Assembly: GCA_950097015.1 (NCBI GenBank)
Contig: CATNEN010000038.1
Coordinates: forward strand, 682,001 to 746,000
Source of the DNA: Macrostomum hystrix
Taxonomy: Eukaryota; Animalia; Platyhelminthes
Direction: 5' to 3'
Length of the DNA: 64,000 nt
Shown here: positions 24,695 through 36,645 of the stretch, one piece after another
Layout: each line of letters opens with the position of its first letter
Position numbering within the stretch: position 1 is the stretch's first letter
Position numbers and translations under genes: made by a program
The notes under the pieces: generated by a model
Database searches by the model: none
Told to the model about the DNA's origin: nothing
Seen by the model: the letters and a program-made list of their open reading frames with translations, nothing else

Positions 24695-27600
24695 TCAATT
24701 CTCGCCAATGAGGGCCAGAAGGATCTTGCAGTAATCCCCGCTGGTATCGTCCTTGATCCACTGGGCCAGGCTTTGACCAAATTCCTTCTGGAAGGCGTCC
24801 TTGATCTGCACCATGTCAACTTCGCAACGGGAGATCACAATGCGCAGCAGGACTTGGTCGTTTGTGCCTGTGAAATAAGTTAAAAAAGTACTTTTACCAT
24901 TTTGGTGCCGCAAAATTTTCTTGCTTCGATTATCAAGAAAGCGGCATTCAGCTTTGACTTGATAACCAAACTTTTAGTTCTAGCACTTAATGCGCTCGCT
25001 AAAGATGCACAAAAAATGAGGCCACAAATGTGTATTCTGTGTCCTCCAGTTGTAAAGCCACAGTTTAACTCAAGCGACTGAACTCACCAAGGCCCTTCAT
25101 GGACTTTTGCAGAGCTTTGGCGAAGTAGGCCGGCTTGTTCTGCACGCAGCGTACCAGCGTCAGCATGGCATTGAGCAAATCGCCAGACATCTCAGACTTC
25201 AGCGAGTCCTCCAGCGTCTTGCCAGTGAGGCCCTCGTACTCTGCGAACACCGCTCGAAGATGCGCATTGTTGTTGCCGCAGAGGATTTCGTTGAACTTGC
25301 TCTCGTCGGTGCCCCACTTGCCGATGCCGGCTTCCTGCAGCGCCTGCGCGTCCTTCTTGGCCTGCACCGGGTCGAAGGAGCTTCCCTCCGGCCTGGCGCC
25401 GGTCAGTAGGGACACCAGGATGCGCTTGAAGTGGCCGGATGTCTCGGACATGACGTCAGCCTCCAGGTCAAGGTTGAACACTGGAGTTCAGGTTCAATAT
25501 TTTAGAGTCGATTGTGCTTACTCGTATACAAGGATACAAAAGCTAATCAAAGCGCTGTACTCACTGTTCTTGTAAGTCTTCGTAATTTCCTGCACCTGGG
25601 CCTGGGTCCGGGTGCAGATGATCTCAATCAGACAGTCCTCGTTGGTTCCTAGGCCCTTCATTGCGGCCCGCAGTTCCATGGCGTCGTACTCTGCGGCACC
25701 GAGGCACAGGTTCTGACAGATTTTGTTGAAATTTCCGCTCAATTCGCTATTCAATTCGGCTTTCAGATCTTTGCCGAATTTCATCTTGAAGGCGCGCACA
25801 ATCTCCATGCGCTGGGTCATTGTGCGGTGGCCCAACACGTTGATGATGCTCTCCTCGTTGGTGCCAAGACCTTTCATGGCATTCCGCAGTTGTTCAGCGT
25901 CCGCCGTGGCATTGAATCCAGGATAAGGCTTCAGAGTGCCGTCCTGGACGTACTCCTCCTGCTGGAAGTACGCCGCACCCACCGGCTCCGGTGGCTTCTC
26001 TTCTGGCGCCTTCAGCTTGATCGCGTCGGCCTTCTCGTGGCTGGTCTGCTTGACCTCCGACTCCACCTGATGATTCGGCGGCGGCGGCGGCGGAGGCGGC
26101 TGGCTGCGCTTGGCTGGCAAGTCCTTCTTGGTCGGCGTTGGCGGCAGCTTCGGCTTCGGCGGCGATGGCTGTGACTTGGGAGCATGCAGCGGCTTCTTGT
26201 AGCCCGGCTTGCCGATATGCACAGTCAGCAGGTAGGAGTCATCGGACTCGTCGAGCTCAGCTGACAGAACCTGCGAAAAAGCGGCACTCTTGCTATAGAC
26301 AGCGTATTCTGCGTTTTTCCTGATACGAGCATCAGGCTTAAAATTCTGGAGTTCTACATACCAGATTTTCTCCAACAACAAGCAAGTAGTTGGAGAATAC
26401 TGAAAATACCTAAGCCTAATCTTTAGGCGCTACGAACCTTTCCGAACTTTGGGTCCCCGACGGCGGCTTGAAAGTTGGCATCGGTGCGGGCGTACTGCAG
26501 CAGGTGAGCGTAAACGTGCTGCAGCTGCTTCTTGAAGTCGCCGTCACCCTTGCTGACTGGCAGACAGGCAGGATCAGCGGCTATGGGCTGCTGCTGCTGC
26601 TGCAGCGGCTGCTGCTGCTTCTTTGTGTCCTCAACTAGCCTGCGAATGTCCTGCAAGGTGCTCTGCCTAGTTTCGTCCATTCGTTGACTCAGCTGAGCAG
26701 CTATGAGGTTGAGCTGTTGAGGTGTCACGCCCTGTTAATAGATACAGGCGATCAAATTTTATCACGAAAGGAACACCACTATTATTACTGAGTCAGAGAA
26801 ATGGGCACAATGGGAAGGGCTGTAGTGGAATGATGCGTCATTTGATGCACAGTAACTATGCACCTGGAAAAATAGTATGATTGCTTTTCTACAAGAGGCT
26901 TTTTTCTTTAAACAGTCCTATCTTCGAGCTCTATGGTTATTTGGCCCGGCATAAATGTAACGATCAACCTGAGCCAATCACAGCTCATGCTGTAATCGGA
27001 TGGCATTGCAAATTCCACTAGCTTATCCAAATTAAAGTCTTCGACTGAGCTAACCTGTTCCGGGGCTGGCAGAGCCTGCTGTTGCATAGCCGGCGGAACC
27101 AAGCCGCCGCGAAAGTTGACATTGTTCGGCGTGCGCACCTCCCAGCCCATGACGCCGCCGGCTGGGCCGCCGAAGCCGCCTCCGTTGCCACCGTTTGGCG
27201 GTCCGCCGCCGTACAAGTTGATCTGCGTTCCAGAATGATTGACAGCCGCGAAGCCCTGATCCGGCGGAATGCCCAGCTCATCCAGCGGCGACGGTGATGG
27301 CTCAGCCATTTTTGCGTCCCACGCGCGACGTCTATTAGTGGAGTTGGCCGGCCCTTTGCGGGTGCGCAGCCCGTCTTCAAGGTCGCTGTCCCAACTGCAA
27401 TGGAGTGCATCCACGTTTGATTGAACCTCTCGATTCAGGGACTCAAAAGAAAAAATTAAATTTATGTAGCTGAAGTTGTCTCTATAAAGATTATCACTCA
27501 CGCCGTGGACTCCGTGGTCACACTGCTATCGTCGTAGCAGTCTTCAGTTTCATTCCAACCGTGAATATCTTCGCAGTGATAAGTCCTAGTGGTCACAACG

Positions 27601-28402
27601 CTCATCTGTCGGGTGACTCGGTGCATAGCAACCGCCTTGACAACACGCTTACCAGGTTTGAGGCAGAACGGAGCGCGGTATTTGAAGGTTACCTCTCGAC
27701 CGTTCACCTTTCGCTGCTCCGGATTTGGGCGCGTTCCGTCGGTGGTGAAATAAATGTGGCAGTTGGTGGAGTCTGCAAGTTATAAAGTGGTTTCTTGAGC
27801 TGGAGTAGTGAAACAAGCAAGCAACTTACGAACTAACAAGTCGACTTGCTAAAAAACTAGATAATCGAAAATCTGTTACGAAATCATTCCGCAAAAAAAA
27901 ACTATTTGAAATCGGTAGACAACTGTAGTACGGCCAGTGGCCCCAGCCAATGAGCGGTGCTCCCAAGGCTGTGTACATCTGTTCAGTCCGTGGACTGGGG
28001 TAACCGCCAAACGCATCGGAACTTCCACTAGAAGCTTTAGCGAATTAGGCGTGTGGCTCAAAGACTCAAATTGTCTCTCTCGAGCTGATATTTTAACTCT
28101 CAGCAATCGGTCAAAAGTCCGATGCTGGTAAACGCTACAGGCTACAAGCTTCCGTATTACCAAACTGAACTATTAAAACAAAGTATATTATTAAACAAAG
28201 TAACTAACTCAATGGCAATATAATCTCGCTACCTAACTATAGTGTGTGTTAGCTAACATGGTGGGTAAAAACGAAGCCACAATATCTCACCACAGGACAT
28301 TTCAATGTAGGTGGCCGAGTCGATGCAGTGAGCCGGCTTTCCAGGTACAGGCCCACGCAAGGCAGTCAGCACTGGAGCCGCAATGCCGCCAGCTGGAGGC
28401 AT
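24695..28402 (-). CDS. Annexin with a long N-terminal extension carrying two DZANK1-like domains (Fn3-associated/CHB_HEX_C-like domain and the DZANK1 central conserved block), about 762 aa, 7 exons
   Basis: Exons 28402-28291, 27772-27502, 27394-27055, 26731-26438, 26270-25565, 25480-25088, 24867-24695; all GT-AG, total 2289 nt in frame. Four annexin repeats (AMKGLGTNE x2, GIGKWGTDES, SMKGLGGTND..ISRCEVD..DDTSGDY). N-terminus has IYFTTDGTRP..TFKY..VKAVA. Confidence 0.85.
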
Positions 28403-29156
28403 CTGCAACATAGGCCAGGCCCAATCAGCTTTCTTCATATTATTTAATGGCTTAGTCTGCATACTGATATCAAAATATTGAACACAAATATGTGTGATTA
28501 GCTTTAAAAAGTTAAAGTAAAAGGTTAGGTTTCAAGTTTAAAAAGAAAAGGTTGAAAAGTAAACTTTTTATTGAGAAAAAACTGCTATGCTATCCTTAGC
28601 ATATACACTAGATTATTATATTAATAGGCTCGGATTAAAAACGTAATAAAATAACAAATTTAATTGAAAGTCATTTATTGCATGTTTAGTATAACAATCT
28701 TTAAAATTATTTAAATTTCACAAAAATTTAAAATTTCAAAACCATGTTCAAATTAAACAATGTGATATAGAATAGTCAGTTAAAATAAAATTCTATCGTA
28801 TATTTCATTGTCAAATTAAAATAGTATACTTATTCTTGAAAGAGCAATGGAATGAAGAAAAACGGTACAAATATTTTTTTGGTAGTCCAGTTTAGCTAGA
28901 CACAATAAGTTGGGTCCATCAGAAAAAGCATACTCGTAAATCTATAGGTGAATCAGTTTTACTTTCTTTGGATTTCATATTTCAAACATCATATGTCTTG
29001 CCTACATTAAACGAAACTTTCTGTTAAGATTAATTATGAAGTCATGAAAAAAATTTCCCTTGGTATTATGGTAATATTGTTATTAGTATCGGAATATGCA
29101 ACTTATAATATAGCACCTTAAAATATAAAAACTTGTTTTAATTTAATAATGAACTC

Positions 29157-29352
29157 ATAGGCGTAGAAACTAATATAAAATTAGGGGGCATGTACCCACT
29201 GTCACCTCGTTCCTACGTCGATGATACCAGACATTCATGCCAAGCAGCAAAAACAAAAATAGGAGTAAAAAACAAGTGTACATTTGCATTTAAAACTTAG
29301 AGAATCCAGATACCATTACTGGCCCCACTGTCCCACCCGTTCCTACGCCTAT
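29157..29352. mobile_element. MITE-like element (about 196 bp)
   Basis: Terminal inverted repeats ATAGGCGTAG(A)AAC / GTTCCTACGCCTAT with internal GGGGGCA / GCCCC; a second degenerate end lies near 29210-29222. Confidence 0.6.
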
Positions 29353-30034
29353 AATTGAACTTCGTGTTCGTTACGCGTGCTTACAAACAGTTAAGCTTTA
29401 AAGACGAGATAAAAATCACGTCTAAATTTTATGTTAAAAATTACCATGATACTTAAAAATCACAACACATCAAATGTAAAAATTAAATTTATTTACTTTA
29501 TCAAGTTACTAGAAATATATTAATACATATGTACCATTAAAAAAAGAATCTTAGCGAATATGTAACTACCATTTGTTTTAATTTTAAAAAGTTTTCTTAT
29601 TTCGTTAACTCCACCTATTTATTCACCTGAGTTGTAGTGTTTAACTGTCTGTCGTGTCTGTTAAAAAATGAAAAAATTATATACTTAAGATTAAGCTATC
29701 CTCAAATTTGCGGTTCATTGCGACCATTGTACTGCGGCATTTGTTTATCCCTCAACGAAGAATATTTAGCAATCCTATTGAAAATAATTTATATGTTTGG
29801 TATGCTGTCTGCTATATAGGTACAAAATTGTTACAAAATTGTAAATTGTTAAAGTACAAACCCGTTTTATTTCTAAAGCACCTGTTTCATTTAACGCTTT
29901 ATTGTTTTCAAACTTGAAAGAGTGATTGCGACTGTATAAAACACTTCACTGACATTTTAGAAGAGAAAAAGTATAAATTGTTTGCCTTACTTGCACATAA
30001 TATTCCAAAACACGATCGACTACTTTTTTAGTAG

Positions 30035-31105
30035 AAGTATTTTTGCTAATAATCACGCAATGTGGCTACGTCTATAGGTTCAGAGCAATTTTCAGCATGA
30101 TAAAATTTGCGATCTGAAAGTGTTATAATTTTGATTGACAAGTCTCTTTCAGATGCGGTAATTCGTTCTGCAGCTTCTTCTGACAGTAGTATGAAAAGGA
30201 GGGATTCTTGGACAAAAATTACAAAGCCGGGACATATCCCGGCAAAGAATTCATGGGGGGCAGTTAAAAGATAAATGGAAAAGAACAACACGCTACGGAA
30301 GAACTGAGCTCCAATATAGAGACCAGGCTTTTGTTGGAAGATTCAATCAAACTTTAGCAAAGAGACTTTTCACAAAGCAGACAGCTGAACAGCTGAAACT
30401 AAACAGTGGCCAATACTATACCAAGTGGGCAGACCGGCTCCCAGCTGTAATAAATCAACTCAATAATGACATTTCTCGAATGACTGGACTAAAGCCTTCT
30501 ACAGCAATTAAGCAAGACCGCTTACTTGATACTAATAATAATAATAATAATAATAATTGACTACACCTGTCCCAACTGGGTCAGATGTGCAGCCGACAGC
30601 ACAGCCGCAGCTATTGCGCGGCGCATCTGAAGGCTACGTACGGCTGTTCAGTCCACGGACTGGGGGGACGCCACACCCACCCTCAATTATCCCAGCTGAT
30701 GCTGGTACCCATTTAACAGCTGGGTGAACTGAAGCAATGCAGAGTTAAGTGTCTTGCTAAAGGACACAAATTGTTCCAGTGGAGTCGGCTATTGATACTA
30801 ATAACACAACTAAAAGTAGTCAGACACCATTTCCTAAATTACCAGGAATATATTCTCCAGAAATTCTTACTAACTCTGAATTCGTTCGCTTCTTTTTCTT
30901 ACCTGGAGAGCTAGAAAAAGACACAAAGAGAAGAGCCACTGATCCATATTTTAGTCTTGATGTACACAAGATAGACAGGCATTTCACATCGGCATCCGGT
31001 GATTACTATTTTCCCCAAGCCTTTAATTCAAAAGACCCCACACGATCATTCGCCAGAGCTGATCTTCTAGTGATTCCGCATGATGCAGAAATAATAAAAA
31101 AATAA
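30035..31105 (+). pseudogene. Decayed Maverick/Polinton (adintovirus-type) retroviral-like integrase, split by a SINE
   Basis: Segments read PGKEFMG.., RDQAFVGRFNQTLAKRLFTKQ..WADRLPAVINQLNN..RMTGLKPSTAIK and, after the SINE, VRFFFLPGELEKDTKRRATDPYFSL..RSFARADLLVIP. The 5' part has stops and frameshifts. Confidence 0.8.
30539..30791 (-). mobile_element. CORE-SINE, 5'-truncated, with (TTA)n tail and 13-bp TSD
   Basis: Minus strand has the CORE-like GTGTCCTTTAGCAAGACACTTAAC..CACCCAGCTGTTAAATGGGTACC. TSD TTGATACTAATAA at 30526-30538 and 30792-30804. Related 3' fragments lie near 27940-28010, 37818-37900 and 53350-53430. Confidence 0.82.
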
Positions 31106-31131
31106 AAAAGAAAAAGATTGGAACCACAACA

Positions 31132-31440
31132 GTGAGTAAAATCAACAGAATTATCGACTCTAAGAAACCGGTGTTGTGGAAAATTAAAGGTACGACAGTG
31201 AAGGTAGATCCAATCCAATATCAAATCCATTGTAACAATCAAACACACAACATCACTGATGAGAAGACAGGCGGGATTCTTCCTTTGCTAACACTCATCC
31301 CCATCATCGCAGGTGCTCTTGGTGCTGCAGGAGGTGTAGCCGGTGGAGTTGCATCAGCTGTGAAGGCTGGCAATGACAGAGGACATCAACGAGAGACGGA
31401 GAAAATCGCTAGAGAAAAAGGAGAAGGGGAAGGAATGAGT
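31132..31440 (+). pseudogene. Adenovirus protein X (pX/mu precursor)-like gene of the Maverick/adintovirus remnant
   Basis: KTGGILPLLTLIPIIAGALGAAGGVAGGVASAV resembles the adenoviral pX hallmark GG|ILPLLIPLIAAAIGA as recalled; it sits immediately downstream of the integrase. Confidence 0.7.
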
Positions 31441-31451
31441 AGATGTGAATT

Positions 31452-31594
31452 TGTTGATGAATCTGTTGATGAATCTGTTGATGAATCTGTTGATGAATCT
31501 GTTGATGAATCTGTTGATGAATCTGTGATAAATCTGTTGATGCAGAATCAGTTGATGAATCCGACGATGAATCAGTTGATGAATCAGTTGATGA
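31452..31594. repeat. 12-bp repeat GTTGATGAATC(T/A), interrupted by the BEL element and continuing at 35910-35966
   Basis: The same unit lies on both sides of the LTR element. Confidence 0.9.
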
Positions 31595-34500
31595 TGTTGC
31601 GAAAATCCGACCCTCAGACTTGTTTCTTACTCTGGTACCCCATGCCTGCGCGTGTGGGGTGGGTGACTTATTGGTTTTTTGCTCTGCCTACACCCCCTGC
31701 CCCCCCAATATATATGCATTGTTCATCACCCTCTCAGTTCAATATTATTTAAATATAAGGTCTGCGAACTGCAGCATGACTCGACAGTTTTATTCTAAGC
31801 AAACAGCTATTTCCACAACATGGCGCCCAATGTAAAATAAAGAGAACTTTTCCTACAGTCATCGTGCGCATTTAACATTGATTGACTCAGCAAGTGGCTC
31901 TCCGGTCTTCGGCTGTTCTGTTCGTTCGGGCGAAGGTGGTCGAGGCGAGAGTCTGGATTCAGGTGCATCAGCGCGCGGTGGATTCGCTCCTATTTGGCCA
32001 TTCTGAGGCGACGGTTAGCTAACATTACGGTAGATGCGCTCACTGTAAGGACACTCTAAATTTTAATCATTTTTCGTGTTCGATGTCCATTCGAGTTATT
32101 TTCCTTCGATTTTTCGCGCTCCTTGTTTATTTCTCGCTCTTGCTTTACCCCCTACCTTCGTTGGTCGCTGAGTCGCTCTCTAGTTGGGATTGCTTGCTGC
32201 CAGTTTCCTCAGGACTCTCAGTTCCTCTTTTTTCGCCGTCATGGTTCTCTCAAAAGATGAGCTGGCAGCTTCGATCCGCAAACGGGCAGGTATTCGGTGC
32301 AGCATCACTAAGATGGTTGGTAAGGCGGAGCTGGTGTTGGACAAAGGTGTGCAACATGAAGTCGAGCGTGCGGAGACGGCTGCGTACCTTGACACACTCA
32401 AGTCAAGTCTGAGTGCGATGCAAGAGCTGGATGACGCCATAGAAGACTCAATTTCAGATGACCAGTTAGAGTCGGAACGTGACGATAGGGAGCGTTACGA
32501 GATTCGGTGTCTCACGTGCATAAAGATGTTGGAGGCTGCTCTTTCTCAATCTTCTAAGCCGTTAGTTGGTTCGCCTCCCACTCAATCTTCGCCGCAACCT
32601 CAAGTAAAGTTGCCTAAGCTTCGAGTTCCGACCTTTGAGGGGGAAATTTCGACTTGGCAGTCCTTCTGGGACCAGTTCGACTCGTCAATACATTCAAATT
32701 CTTCTCTGTCTGATATAGATAAGTTCAATTATCTTATGGCCTCCCTCTCGGAGTCGGCGAAGTCCTGCATCAGGGGTCTCGCGGTCACGGCGGGCAACTA
32801 TGCTACTGCGGTTGATATCCTAAAGGAACGTTTTGGCAAGCCGGAAGTGATTATCCAAGAGTTAATGCATAAATTCTCAGAGATCCACCTATCAGAACCG
32901 TCTTTGCGCGGTCTTCAACAATTTCACGATGATCTCAGCAAGTCTAGCAAAGTCTTGGGGATTCCGTGGGATGCCGCAAAGGACACTCTGCATTTTGACT
33001 TTCGGGCAGTTCTAAGCTCTATTCCAGAGCGGCCACACACGAAGCGATCGATGCTAGCAGTACTTGCTAAACTGTTTGATCCACTTGGCCTCCTCTCCCC
33101 AGCAGTGACGCTAGTCAAAGTGCTATTTCAACAGTTGTGCGCACAAAAGCTGGGGTGGGATGAGCTGCTACCGATGGATATTGCGTCGCAGTGGTCCCGC
33201 TGGCTTGACTCGCTCCGGAAGACTCACTTCGAGGTTCCGCGCTGCGTCATGCCAGAGGCTGTCAAGGCCAACAGCATGGAGATTCAGCTCCATGGCTTCT
33301 CTGATGCCAGTGAGTGTGCCTACGCCGCTGCTGTTTATCTTCGGGTGGTGGACCATGATCACGGCTGCGCCTCATCTGTGCTCATCATGGCCAAATCACG
33401 TGTCGCTCCTCTAGCAGACATCAGCATTGCGCGTCTGGAGCTCTTCGGTGCGCTTATTTTGGCTCGGCTGATGGACTTTGTTTCCACTCAATTTCCTGGA
33501 GTTAAAAGACACTTGTGGACAGACAGCATGAATGCTTTGCAGTGGATAACTCAGGAAACTCGGATTCGTCCAGTCTTTGTTCAGAATCGTGTCGCAGAGA
33601 TTCGCAAGCTCTCTTTGGTGTCCGAGTGGCAACATGTCCCGGGGGAGAGTAACCCCGCTGACATTCCCTCAAGAGGCTGCCTACCCGAAAGGCTTGTGAA
33701 CAATTCAATGTGGCAGCAAGGACCAGCGTTCTTGCAGTCAATCGATCACCGTAGCGGCATTGACAACTGTTTTGCTCGAAGCGTTGACAATGCGTCGCTC
33801 GGGTTTCAACCTGCTCAACCTTGTCCTGAGCTAAGCTCTTGTCTGGTGACCACAGAGCAACCAGAAAGCGTTGATAGCTCGACTGAAAAGAGTATTCTGA
33901 ACATTTTAGACATTCACAACTATTCTTCGTGGGCAAAACTGACTCGGGTGGTGGCATGGATGCGCCGCTTCCTTAGCAACATTCGAGCGAGCAAGTCTGG
34001 TTCGCCAGTGAACCTGCGAAAGTCGTTGATTACCGCAGAGATTCACGCCGCAGAGGTGAACATTCTTCGTGATACGCAGTCCAAATTTCTTGTGCCAGAA
34101 GTTAAACATCTTGAGGGTGTTGGTCCTCGCACTACACTCGTCCAAAATCTGCAGTTGTTTCTGGGCGACGATGGACTCATCCGCTCGAGAGGTCGACTCA
34201 ACGACACGGTTCCGTTTGAGACGAACCATCCTGTACTGATACCTGGTAAGAGTCAGCTAGAGACACTCATTATCCGACATTGCCAACACACAATTTTTCA
34301 CGGGGGAGTTTCTGCAACAATTTGTAAAATTCGTGAACGCTTCTGGGTTCTGAAGGCCCGACAGCGGGTGAAACAGATTGTCTCAGAGTGTGTGACATGC
34401 CGGAAGCTCCAGGGACGGCCTTTCACAGTGAACATGTGCCGCAGCTCCCTCCGTTTCGTTTGTCTGATGTCAGAGCATTCCAGACAGTGGGCTTGGACTA

Positions 34501-35909
34501 TGCTGGTCCGATCCTCTATCGGACGGGGGAGGGTGGTAGCGCTTCTGCAAAGTGTTATATTTTGCTCTTCACATGCTCTGCGACTCGCGCTGTTCACATC
34601 GAGCTCGTAACCAGCATGGAGAGCGATCAGTTTCTACATGCTCTTCGCCGCTTTGTAGCTCGCAGAGGCATCCCATCTGTAATAAGTGACAACGCCAGAA
34701 CCTTCCGTGCGGCTGCCAAAGTTATCGGCGCGTCCGTCTCTGAAGATCTTCAGGACTTCTGTTCGTCGAAAAGAATCGCCTGGCATTTCATTCCAGAGCG
34801 GGCTCCGTGGTGGGGAGGCTTTTGGGAGAGGCTGGTCGGTATCATCAAGGTGACCCTTAAAAAGGCCGCTGGTCGACTGCTACTCACGTACGATCAGTTG
34901 CTAACACTCGTGCTGGAAGTCGAGGCCGTGGTGAATTGCCGTCCGCTTCTGTATGTCTCATCAGGTGAGACTATGGAGATAATCACTCCATCGCATTTCA
35001 TCACGGCTGCTCGTCTCACACGAGAGCCAACAGAAACTCTCATCGAATCGCCTGAGTCCGAAACAGTGCTTCCCTTGCCACGACGATTCAAGATGCTGCG
35101 AGCAGCGTTAGATTGGTTTTGGAATCAGTGGAGGACCTCCTACCTAGAGGCTCTGCGTGAAAAGGCGGTGAAGCACCATCCTCAAGGTCGAGCGCCGAAA
35201 GTGGGAGAGGTAGTACTGATCTCCAGCGAGGCCCACCAACCCAGGCTGAAGTGGAAGCTGGGAGTGATTGAAGAGGTAAAGCCTGGTCGGGACGGTGTCG
35301 TGCGGTCTGCGATCCTGAGGGTTGCTGGAGCGAGGGATTCCCGGCGATGGGAGCGTCTCAGGCGACCAATCCAAGCTCTCGTTCCGCTTGAAATAACCTA
35401 AGAATTTTCGTGTTTGGTCTGCCGAAAGTTTCAAAGTTTTCCGTTTTTTCTATCGCTTGCTAACTTCTCAATCCTTCGGTTATTTAACTTTGTTTTTTCT
35501 TATACGCTAATCGCTAGCTACAAGCATACTCATTTTCTTTGATATTTATACATGCAAAATGCAACTCACTATTTTGGTTAAGGTTTCAATATTCATGCTG
35601 CTTATTTTTCCTTTCCTTTCATTTTTTTTCACTTTGTCTATGGTATTTTTACCTTGCTCAAAAGACAACGTCTTTTGGGGGGAGTGTTGCGAAAATCCGA
35701 CCCTCAGACTTGTTTCTTACTCTGGTACCCCATGCCTGCGCGTGTGGGGTGGGTGACATATTGGTTTTTTGCTCTGCCTACACCCCCTGCCCCCCAGTAT
35801 ATGTACATTGTTCATCACCCTCTCAGTTCAATATTATTTAAATATAAGGTCTGCGAACTGCAGCATGACTCGACAGTTTTATTCTAAGCAAACAGCTATT
35901 TCCACAACA
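31595..35909 (+). mobile_element. BEL/Pao LTR retrotransposon, internally deleted (no protease or RT core), 4315 bp
   Basis: LTRs 31595-31820 and 35685-35909 (TGTTG..CAACA, about 5 differences); 5-bp TSD GATGA; PBS TGGCGCCCAA at 31821; PPT GGGGGGAG at 35677-35684. Confidence 0.96.
32241..35401 (+). pseudogene. BEL/Pao gag-pol remnant: Gag (DUF1759-like), RNase H (Pao A17-type), integrase; frameshift near 34430
   Basis: KLPKLRVPTFEG..WQSFWDQF..DKFNYL; KVLGIPWD..FDPLG; LHGFSDASECAY..AKSRVAP..RLEL; NPADIPSRG; zinc finger H..HGG..CVTC; GLDYAGP..SDNA..PWWGGFWERLV in a second frame. Confidence 0.9.
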
Positions 35910-36645
35910 GATGAATCAGTTGACGAATCTATTGACGAATCTGTTGATGAATCAGTTGATGAATCTTGAAAGTTTTAATGTGAATATTTTATATTTGCAC
36001 AAAAAAAAGTCTTTGTTGTACTATCTTTTTCAAAGATTTAAACATATGGACGAGATTTTGTTCACTACAACCGAAGGAACATTTTTATTCTACGTCCTTT
36101 GTCCTACAAAATATTTCAATTGCGACGAAAAAAAAATTTTAAACAGAGAAAGAAAATACTTTGAAACGTTTTATATGGCCGATTGGAAATGTTTGTATTT
36201 CTACCGAACAGAAAGTAGCATAAAAATCCTACAACTTAAATTTACTTGAGTGGGTCTCGTGGTGTTTAAATTAATAGAGAAATAATTTAGTCGTTTGTCA
36301 TGCCTTTAAGTCATTCGAGAGGCATTTTCGTACTTCGAGAGGCATTTGAGTCATTGCATTGTTTGCAAAATTTAAAGGCTGAATTTTCAAACTAAGGCTG
36401 TGACCTAGCAGACGGTGACTGCGGCGAAATTTTTATACTTCTACCGAACAGAAAGTAGCATAAAAATCCTACAACTAAAATTTACTTGAGTGGGTCTCGT
36501 GGTGTTTAAATTAGTAGAGAAATAATTTAGCCATTTGTCATGCGTTTCAGTCATTCGAGAGGTATTTTACTACTTCGAGAGGCATTTGAGTCATTGCATT
36601 GTGTGCAAAATTTAAAGGCTGAATTTTTTAAACTAAGGCTGTGAC

